Shown here piece by piece: positions 53,914-64,000 of a DNA stretch of 64,000 nt. The stretch is from Paramecium tetraurelia (lineage: Eukaryota). A model generated the notes under the pieces. That model saw nothing but the letters and a program-made list of their open reading frames with translations. It ran no database searches and had not been told where the DNA came from. The number at the start of each line of letters is the position of its first letter. The stretch's first letter is position 1. The position numbers and the translations under genes were made by a program. The stretch spans positions 124,001-188,000 of the forward strand of contig CT868063.1 of NCBI GenBank assembly GCA_000165425.1. The letters run 5' to 3'.

Positions 53914-54779
53914 TAATAAATTTAAATAATTTATCGTTTCCTATCAATATGGATGAAGACATGGTAATTCATAAATAAAATTTATTTCTATGATTATGGT
54001 GAAAATTATACATAATGATTCCAAAATAACAAGCATCAGCATAACTAGACTAGCTATTATTGGGATTAATTATCTATTTACAATATTAGATATACTATAA
54101 ACCAATTTAATATGATATATATAGAAAATTGACCTAAATTATCTCTATCATAATGATTATTGTAATTCATTTGGCAGATAAATCTATAATGATACAGATA
54201 TTTTCAATATTTTCAAAGATATTAATTAGGTTCATTATAAAAATTAGTTAAAACAACAATTTATAATGACTGAATAATCATTTCATTAACAATATACTTA
54301 GCTCTATAAATCTATCTATACTATATTGATTAACTACTTCCGTAATTCTTCCTTTATCTATCATTTTTACATATACATAATAATAATAATTTGATAATCA
54401 CTTAATATGATAATTCCTTTAAGTAATTGTTACCATTATTTTAAAAATGACAATGATTTAGGGATAATATATTTACTTGAGAGTAAGATTATTTAATATC
54501 ATCCCATAAATTTATTTTGTCATGTATAACCAATTATAAGTCAGTCCGTTGTAAAATAATAAGAGAGAGATCCTTAATGGGATGCCAGCTCCTGTGATGA
54601 GTGCATGGCTGTTTTGGTTTCATCTCAAAATAAAACTATGTGTCCTACGCGAGCAAGTTGTATGATAAATTTGCAATTCGAATTAAACACATAAACAATT
54701 TAGGAAATGTTATATTTTTTAGAATATTATGTGTATTCACAATTAATTTAACTATTTTATTTACAATTCATAATTAAAA

Positions 54780-55685
54780 ATGGGAAGAGGAAAGAATTTT
54801 TTTAAAGTTAAAAAGTACTTGGGTCGTATACTTTTAGTGTTAACACAGGTTATTTTTGTATGGGCACTGTATACGACATCATTTTATGAAAATTCATCAT
54901 TATCAATCCTACATTATTTGAGGGCATCTGCTTTTTGTTTTTGTTTATTGCTGTAGGCCTGTTAGATCCGAGCTTCTATTTCGGACCCTGGAGAAGTTCG
55001 TTAGAAAAGTATTCCATTGAAATTGTTATTGTTCCATGAGATGTATGATCGAAAATGTAGGTAGTGCAATTCATGGAAGCCACCGAGAGCACATCATTGT
55101 AAAAGATGCAAAAAATGCATTTTTAAGATGGATCATCATTGCGTATGGATAAATAATTGCATTGGAGCTTTAAATTAAAAATACTTTGTTCTATTTCTGT
55201 TTTACTTACTTTTATTCATTTTAACAGTTTTGGGTATTCACACTATTGGAATTTGTGATTATTTCATGAGGTCAAAGAGAAAGATTTTATCAATTATTAT
55301 GACGATGACTATCACAAAATTTTAAATTTATAGTATTCTAGTAATTATTTTCTGTTTTACAATAATTATAAGTCAAATGCTTTTGAATTAAATTACAGCA
55401 ATCAGAGATAATTAGACAGCGGTAGAATCAATATAGGATAAATTTGGCAGATAACAATTTTTCGTTAATAACTTTAAACAAGTGTTTGGAGATTAAGAAT
55501 GGTACCATTGGCTCTTACCAACAAAACCAAAATTAAAATTAAATTATGCTGAAATCGTGTATGCCTAAGAACTCGATAATTTTGATACTGAATTTGTAGA
55601 AGATATCCTATACGATGAAACTAATCCAGCTAATATTCACTTTGCAGAATTTATGTTGGATAACTATTCTAAATAAAAATAATGA
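54780..55685 (+). CDS. DHHC palmitoyltransferase
   Basis: [52 protein letters not shown]; intronless. Confidence 0.95.
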
Positions 55686-55718
55686 TTGAATATTATATTA
55701 TTATATATTCTTATTGTT

Positions 55719-57097
55719 ATGAAAGGAGGTGGTTTCAAGGTGAGACCCACAACTCGTTGTAACTCTGCCATAAGGAGGCCAGCCTAAGAATTAGCCATCT
55801 TGGATCTGTATTAACAAACAACCATCAATCCAGTTCCCTAACTTATTTTAACACCAACTTAAAGAAGTCTCAGACCTAGGCCTAAAACTGGCATGAGGGT
55901 TACAGATTAATATTGCACAGTGGCTAACCAAGAAAATAAGACAGAACATTTCCTCAGACATAAGACTGCTCAAGGCTCTTACAGAACAACCAAATAATCA
56001 ACGAAAATTTAATTGGAAACCTTAGCAGATGGCTTACTAAAAAAAACTAGCATCACATAATTAGATACTGATGTTCCATAATAATGTGAACAGAAATTGA
56101 AAACTCAACCTATAGATCTTTTCAAGTATAAGCATTCTCTACATTAATAATAGGATCTCACGTTCTAGTTCTCAATAACAAGTGAATGCCAATACCGTAT
56201 TGCATCAACAAATTTCTAATTTAGATAGATACTTAATTTTGACTACTCTTGGGTAAGGTTCCTATGCAACCGTTAAATTAGCAAGAGATAAATTGACAGA
56301 AAAGTATAATTCATTTATATAATTTAGACTAATTGCAATCAAGATTTATTCCAAAGCTAAATTATGCAACTAACAAAGGAAATAATAATTGAAAAGAGAA
56401 ATCCACATTCTCAAATTATTGGACCATTCAAATATCATCAAGTATGTCAATACAATCGAAACCCAAATGGATATCAATCTAATCGTTGAATACGGTGGTT
56501 CCAAGAGTTTGCGATCTTATTTAAAAGTATACTTGACCCTTTCTAATCCTAGCAATTTCCCAATAGAAGACTTGATGAAGAAGATGCAAAACTACTATTT
56601 AGATAAATTGTAAAAGCTGTAGATTATTGTCATTCTTTGAATATTGTACATAGAGATATTAAACTTGAAAATATACTCCTAAAAGATAACAATGAGATTA
56701 AATTGATTGATTTTGGATTCTCAGTCTTAGTTAATAGAGATTGCAAATTAGGAGTATTTTGCGGAACTCCTAGGTAATAATACTTCATTTACAATAGTTA
56801 CATGGCTCCAGAATTAGTCAATAAATAGGATTACTTTGGTAAACCTGTTGATGTCTGGGCCTTGGGGGTTCTGCTGTATGTTTTATTGACAGGTCATTTT
56901 CCATTTAAAGGGTCCAATGATTCTGATCTATATGGATAAATTAAAAAAGGAATATACCAAAAGGTTAATGCATCCCCTCAATGTCAAAAGTTAATTTCAT
57001 AAATGTTAACCATCAGGGCGAGCGAGAGAATCACAACTTTAAGAGTATAAAAAAAATAAAATTATAGATCTTGTAAGACAGATGGTTCAATTCTTGA
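55719..57097 (+). CDS. SNF1/MARK-like Ser/Thr kinase
   Basis: LGQGSYATVK, HRDIKLENILL, IDFGFS, FCGTPSYMAPEL, DVWALGVLLY. Confidence 0.92.
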
Positions 57098-57110
57098 TTT
57101 TAATTAATTT

Positions 57111-58024
57111 ATGTAATATAAAATTCGTCTGCAGGTTGCTAAGGGTCTCTAAGAAACCTATGGATCAAAATAATCACAATCAAGTTAATTACCTGATAAT
57201 CAAGTTCAATCCTCATAGGCATCTTCTTCTGCTTTTAAAACATCGATTCCTTAATTTTCTAAAGAAGAAATTGAGAAGCATGATCAGACCTTGAAGGAGC
57301 AAACTTAAATATACAACGAGAGGAAAAAGAGGAATGGATAGAAATTTTAGCGTTTGACTAAGGAATAGTAATTGTAATTGGTAAAGCTCATTAAGAGTGA
57401 TCCTCAATTTTAAAATCAATTGGCTGAAGCCATAATTAAGCACACTGAAATTGCGTAATTCATAAAGAAGGCCAATACACTTAAGGTGATGAAGTCATTA
57501 AATAAAACAGTAATTGAATTTAAAACAAATATGACAAATAAAATATAAGCCATATTTCTAAATCATCAAAATTAAACTTACAATAAGCTTAAATACTTAT
57601 TAAAAGAAAAGGAGATGCTCATGATTAAAGTATTGGAATAAAAACTATCAACATATGTTGAAATCAAACAAAATTTCAAGGAGGCTTTATTAGCATAGTT
57701 GAAAAAAGTATTAAAAATGCAAATAGAGGAAAATTGTAGGAAATATGCTAAGACTTTGTCATCATAATTATAGCTGATGTATGAGGGAATCGCATAGATA
57801 ATTGGACAACACGTTGAGCTTAATAAGGATAGTAGATTTGAATAAGAATTATGTCTGCAAATTTAGAAAGTCAAAGATTACTTTGCCACTAGTGAATAAT
57901 AATACATTAAAGTATTTCTATTATAGATGTATAATTATAGCGCCTGTAAACAGATATGAACGATCATTATATAAATACAATATAGACTATCATTTAGGTT
58001 TAGCAAAAACTTAAATTAAATTGA
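57111..58024 (+). CDS. Hypothetical coiled-coil protein
   Basis: About 800 nt open in the ciliate code from ATG 57111; a probable 29-nt intron near 57912-57940 extends it to TGA 58022. Confidence 0.65.
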
Positions 58025-58205
58025 ATTATAATTTTATTATGAAAACTCAATAGTGATATATGTATTTATGCAATTAAACAAACGTAGCTATCCAAAGTGT
58101 AAATTACATTTTTCTATATTTCTTCTATTAAAGAGATTTTTTACATTTGTCTAGCTGTTTAATTAAAGAAGCAATATAAATCCTTATTAATGATTTTTAA
58201 TATTA

Positions 58206-58839
58206 ATGAGTGGCTAAATTGATTCAGAAGAAGCATTGTAAAAATCAAAAGTATTATTTGAACGAAAACGACTTGTCACAATATCAAATGCGTTGCAGTT
58301 GATGGAGAAAAATGCCAAATAGTATTTAGAACAATTTGAGCAATCTCCAGATTATAGATTGTTTAGAACTTAATTTAGATAATATCAACATACATCTTAA
58401 TTAGATTAAATAGTCTAATTTCAATTGTGCGATTTGAGTGATCCAGATATATCATTTTATCGATAGGCAGAAAAAAAAATTTTGGTTTGTTATAATAAAA
58501 TTCGTGATTATGCGCATTTTTAATAGATAATGAAATACGATGTATAGATGAAATTAAATGTATTAGTTAACTTTTCTTTATGATGATTTAAGAGCCAAAA
58601 TAGATTGGTATGATTGCTCAATGTTATCTTGTATGAAGATCAGAGGATTGAATATATCTGGGAGATGCAAATAGAGTGACAAATAATGTTTTATTGATGA
58701 AGTAAGGACTTCTCTGGAAAGAAGTGAGGTTTGTAAAGGTAAATATGATGAGTACTTTGAAAAATCATTTAAATAGTGTGTAATGGATATCGCTCCAATA
58801 AATAGTGTTTAGTAAACAAAAAAAACTATATTTTTCTGA
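58206..58839 (+). CDS. ATP23: ATP23 / peptidase M76-like protein lacking zinc ligands
   Basis: ILVCYNKI...IMKYDLTFLYDDLRAKIDWYDCSMLSCMKIRGLNISGRC...QCF...SFKQCVMDIAP aligns by eye to Atp23; 25-nt intron 58542-58566. Confidence 0.8.
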
Positions 58840-58938
58840 TCTAATTTATATTTAGAGTGTAATAAAATTAGTTTATAGTTTTGCTTATAGTTCTTTTTGA
58901 AGAAATTAAAACTAAATTAATAAGTGATATTTTAATGC

Positions 58939-59441
58939 TCAATCATAGACATGTTTAAATCCAACATCAGTCTCACATGAAACAATTCTTTTTTCTAATG
59001 TAGATGTAACATCTTGTAATTTATCTTTATCACTTTTTAATACATTTAGTTGAGCATCCAAAAATTCACTATCGTGTTAAGCATCTTAAGATTTTTTGAG
59101 TGTCTCATTTAACACTCTTTTGGCCTAAAGTTCATTTGATTAATAATACATCATTTTGTATAAAAGTAGTAAGATCATCACTCATGGTCCCATGAGTATT
59201 CTTTACAGTAGCAATGTCCATTCTTAGATTAGACATCTCCTTTTTGCTGTTTTCGAGGTCTTTTTTCAATTCAACCAAGTAATTCTAAAGTAATTCGATG
59301 GATTACTTCCAATTTAATGATATGATCTTTCACACTTAATTAGAGACTCTCCTCAATTGACTTCTATCTCTTGAGCATTAGTCTTTGTCTTTCTCTTTCT
59401 GGGTCGAGCTCCTTATCAGATTCTAAACTTTCGTTAAGCAT
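58939..59441 (-). CDS. Hypothetical coiled-coil protein
   Basis: MLNESLESDKELDPERERQRLMLKR...LEKRIVSCETDVGFKHVYD*; tiny introns. Confidence 0.65.
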
Positions 59442-59460
59442 ATTAAAATATTAATATATA

Positions 59461-60209
59461 TCATTATGTGGCCCCTGCCTTCTACATACTTTAATACTGT
59501 TTTTCGTAATCGCTGGGTGATAGTTTCTGCGCTTATTAAATCTTCTCCTAAGCCTTCTGCTATCTGGCTATCGAATTTTGAAGTTCCATCATAGCCAATT
59601 GTTCAAGTTATTCTAATTCCTAAATTTTTAAATCATATAACTCCTTTTCTTTTCCTATTCTATCTTTTTCGTTTTCTATTTCATATCTTACTCTCTCTCT
59701 CTTCTACTTTAATTTGGCAACAGCCAATTAAGTCGATTGCCTCTCCTCTTCTTTCACTTAAATAGCCTTAATGCGACATCCTTCCTGTTCTAAACTTTTC
59801 TATAATTAAACGCTCTTGAATTCCTACTTTAATTGTTCTCTAAAAATCTTAGCTTCAGACTTCTTTTTGTTTAACTCATCCTCCTTTATTTTCTTCAACA
59901 ATTCTCTTTGATGATGAGAAACAGCCAATGAGAATGGAGGTGGCTATGCTTATTTCTATTTCATTTTATTTTCTTTCTAAGCATTTTATTTGAAGTAGAT
60001 GTTACCTTCATTTAGATTTCTACTCTATGACGATAAATTTCTTCAGCTCTCTGTTCATCCTATTGAATGTGCTTCAAAATCTTCTCATGCTCCATTTTTA
60101 ATTACAGTATCCTATTTTGGATCTTTTATGCATCAGTCTCTGCCTATTTCTTTTGAACCAGAGTGGAAAATAATGTCTTCTTCTCCTATGGCACCTCTCC
60201 GGAGGACAT
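59461..60209 (-). CDS. Hypothetical coiled-coil protein
   Basis: MSSGEVPQEKKTLFSTLVQKKQAETDAQKIQNRILQLK...; E/K/Q-rich. Confidence 0.7.
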
Positions 60210-60347
60210 ACTGTATAAATATATTAATAATTAATAATATTTAGCTCGCTCACGTTTCACATTTTCAAAAATATTGGAATAACATACCCATTCATAAAGA
60301 GATGTAAGAATATATTATAACAAATATGTAATTATTTAAATTTTATG

Positions 60348-63118
60348 TCATTTTTTCTATTATTATTATTATTAACCCCATAATCCGTAATTTTACTATT
60401 ATTGTTGTGGGTATTAGGCATATGGGTATTATTATTATTATGGATATTGCTATTATTATGGATATTGTTATTATTATGGATATTGTTATTATTACGGATA
60501 TTATTATTGCTATGGGTATTGTTAGGGTGGTTAATTTTATGGATTTTTTGCTAAAGGATGATTAATTACATTAGATTATTATGGATAATTAGGTTATGGG
60601 TATTATGGATATTAAGGTTAGTTTGGATATGGAGGGTATTGATATCCTGATTATTACAATGGCTATTATGGTTATTATGGCTGCACTGGAGGTTAGTTTT
60701 TCTAGGATTATTGGTATGTTTATTATTGATTGAATTATTACACTAATTGTTCTGATTCCAGGTTTCGTGCCATCAAGAAGTCCTTGACTTTTCTATCTTA
60801 TTCTTCTAAATGCATTTTTAATTGCCTAAATATAAAAATTGATTGTACTCATAGAAGACAACTGAATGGTCAATGTTGTCAATTGCTTATTAAGCACTTG
60901 CAAAGATATTAGTCTATCCAGATTATTACACCTATTCAGCTGATTGCTTCTTAAAATTTGAGAGTTCTCTGGCAATTCCGCAAACTTAAGAGATCAATTC
61001 TGAGACTTAGTTCATCTTGAGATATGTATGAAATACTTACATCGTTGTTAAATTGTTCAATAAAACCTTAAACATTCTAAAGGGCAGCATTGAAAATTTA
61101 ATTTTTGGGGACTCCATCATTTAATCCTTGGACTGCTATCTTAGAAACATTTATTTCTTGCATTGCTTGATTATACTATTGGATCAAGAACTTTAATTAA
61201 TCAACAATAGAATTGACTTATTAATCTAAGTTGGTCAATTGTCCAAAAAGTTAAGCATTTTGATTTACGAAATCTGAATTATTATTACTTTTAGGGAGTT
61301 TCTGAATGATGACTTGATCACTTTATGCAGCAAGTATAACTGTTTCTTTGCACTTTTCAAAACCACTTATCACATCAAAGTCGATCTTTTATGCTAATGA
61401 GTATTTACCCTTGAGGTCTTACAAGGATTTGAAATATTGTTAATTCAATTATGTTGAAGGACTTCTTGTCCATTTGGCACCATATTTAGTTCTATTTTCC
61501 TAATCCTGTTGCTATTCCCCCAATAATAACTATTCAATTTGACCTAACAATTAATTGCAAGTAATAGATGCTTATTTAGATTGTTCCATTATCTTCTCTA
61601 TTCCGCTTAAACACCCTCTAGTTCTTATGTATGCAATTTTTTCTTAGATGCCTTGAGGTATTCCTCCTTAATCAAGTTGTTTTTGTTGGGCCATATCAAT
61701 AAAATAGGTGACATAGGTTTCTGCATATGCTTGATTTTTTTGATCAAATAGCAATCTTAAGGATTCTTCAAGGGAGAATTTTGTTTATTCCACAAACATT
61801 TTGATCTCCCTAGACAATTATAAGGCTTCTTCTGATATAAAACCTGAAAATTTATTTGCTCCATAAACTGGTTCTTTGAAACTTGGAGGTTCAAGAGGTT
61901 TAAGTCTAATTTATTCCATCAAAGGGGGGTATGGCAATAAATCTTAGGCAATTAGTTACTCTTTGTATATTTGTTGATTCTTGTAATTATATTCAGTAAA
62001 CAATTAAGTTAATTGTTAATTCAATTACTTCAATTGATCCAGTTAATCTGGTGGGAATGTCTTGCTGGCATTCTTGTCATTAATGATTGGTAATAACAAT
62101 TATTGAGCATGAGTCAAAAAGCCCAATGCTTTTCCCATGTTTTAGCCTCTAGATTCATCCGATATTTTTCCATAATGAAACACTCCCATCTATATACACC
62201 CAGTAACAGTTGTCCATATTTGATTAAATTGAATTGTGGGTAAAATTTGAGAAAGAACATTCTATAATCATATAGGATTTAAAATACTTTTCCAATTTGT
62301 TTCTAGTATTAAGAATTCATTCCCTCAACAGCCTTCAAAGCGATTGTGAATTCCTTTGCAGCCTCAAAGATTGTCCCACAAACATTATTAAGTCCGAAAG
62401 TCTTCACTTGTGACATCATATTTTGATATAAAGCTTTATAGGCCAATCCACAGAACTATTTTAGAGGTTCATAATTACAGCATGTTCCAGAAATTCCAAA
62501 TTTAGAGTTTAAATATCATACAATTAGGATACTGAATCTTTAGATAATCCATGAATATTTTGTTTTAATTGTTCCAATGCCCATAACCCATTTCTAAGTT
62601 TGGTATATGCAGCCTTACGATCAGGGTCTGTATCTTTTACAATCTTACTATTGGCTTGGTAGTAGTAAGCGATTATCAGATTGTAATATTAAGATATCAA
62701 TTCTAATCTACCAGAATTCAATTGACAGCTTCTTTTCTAAAATTCATAGAACAATATATAAATACATGGTCATAGCTGTCACTCCAATTGAACATCACTT
62801 ATGGGGATCTTTAATCTCCTTGTTCGAATCTTAGATGCTTGAATAGCAAAGAAAAGTTCTTCAGATATTCAAGAAGATTGTTCTCTAGGTTTTCTGATGT
62901 CAAAGGATCAGTAGCAATACTCAAGTTGATCTTCTCATAATCCAAAATTTATCTCAATTTTTAGGTTTTCTCTACTACATCCCTAATCTATAATTTATGT
63001 ATAATATGGTTACTTCAGTGAAGAGAGTGGGTTCTCCATAGCAATTAAGAATTGCCTACTCGACTGGCTTGAGAAGATCTGCAGGTCTTGTCTATTTAAG
63101 AGGTAAGTTGAATAACAT
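60348..63118 (-). CDS. BRO1/ALIX-family ESCRT accessory protein with Pro/Gln/Tyr-rich tail
   Basis: LPLKQT N-terminus, SFAIQASKIR/SIEFW BRO1-like region, CYQYKNQQIYKE, helical V-domain-like middle, repeated YPQQQQ tail ending GLWGQQQQQKK*. Confidence 0.8.
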
Positions 63119-64000
63119 ATTATGGAATTTTTATTAATATATAAAGGATTCCGCAATTATAATAATTATGTTATGGGCACAATGAATTAGATAAAATAGA
63201 AACACGTAAAATACCATATTTATCATAAACACACAAAATAGGACTCAGCCGAAAATAAAAGATTGTCATTTCTAAGTATTTCAATCTTTTAAGAGGATAA
63301 CTCAAAATACTTAAATGATTCTAGAATGTGGAACCATATAATGATCTTAGGGTAATAATAATTATTTCCTAACAATATAGAATATGATTTAAAAATTAGA
63401 TTATCATCTAATCGATTATTTAAAATAATTGTACAATGAAAAATCATAATTATAACATCAATATCCACTTAATATTATCACCAATCTTTTGAATTATTTA
63501 TATACCCATAATAATGAGTTCATCAACACTATCAAAGATGTTCAAATGGCAATGGTCCCGTTTAGAATGGAAAGGAAAAGGACAATTTCAATAAGAAAAA
63601 GAGAAGGTTAGGACTGAATTAGAATGATATAAATCTATTAATAATTATTTAAATTTCATCTAGTAACTGGTCAGACAAGCAAAACTACCATAAAAATATT
63701 GCAAGCATCCTTAAAATATTCAAGCAATATTGATAATATTAAATATTTATATATAAATGTTTTAAAATTAGTTTTAGAATACACCGTTGTTTGAGATATT
63801 TGATTCCAAAGGTATTTCTATAAACCATTTAGATGTACTAAATAAAGCCAACAAGGAGAAAGAGAAGCATTACTAACAGCTATTAAAAATTACAACAAAT
63901 AGTTTTGTTAAAGATTTCGATAAATAATTAAAGAGTATTAACGATTCTTAATATCCATAGACTATATTATTGAATTGCAAGGACAGAACACAAAAGTCCA

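Overview
Gene-dense, very AT-rich eukaryotic DNA from a ciliate macronuclear chromosome, most likely Paramecium. Conserved proteins read through TAA/TAG as Gln, TGA is the only stop, and genes are split by 20-33 nt GT..AG introns. The supplied standard-code ORF track is therefore mostly fragments or wrong-frame shadows. Retranslating by hand with the ciliate code gives about 37 genes. They include a GTSF1-like CHHC zinc-finger gene directly upstream of a NOWA (GGWG/FRG repeat) gene, WDR90-like, PRA1, an SDR, a 2-TM ENaC-like protein, an IRE1-like receptor, SUMO, a P4-ATPase, MCCC2, epiplasmin, Sec16-like, a FYVE-TBC protein, a PAS/TM protein, BUG22/CFAP20, Tim23, three kinases, mitochondrial uL22, coproporphyrinogen oxidase, DCAF7, CCDC81-like, a DHHC palmitoyltransferase, ATP23-like and a BRO1/ALIX protein. 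Most notable are the GTSF1-NOWA small-RNA pathway gene pair, an IRE1 with a dead kinase but intact RNase site, an ATGA stop/start overlap, an inverted pair of paralogous microproteins, and several pseudoenzymes. No tRNA, rRNA, CRISPR, transposon or retained IES could be supported. All family calls come from motif recognition, not database searches, and boundaries were read manually.
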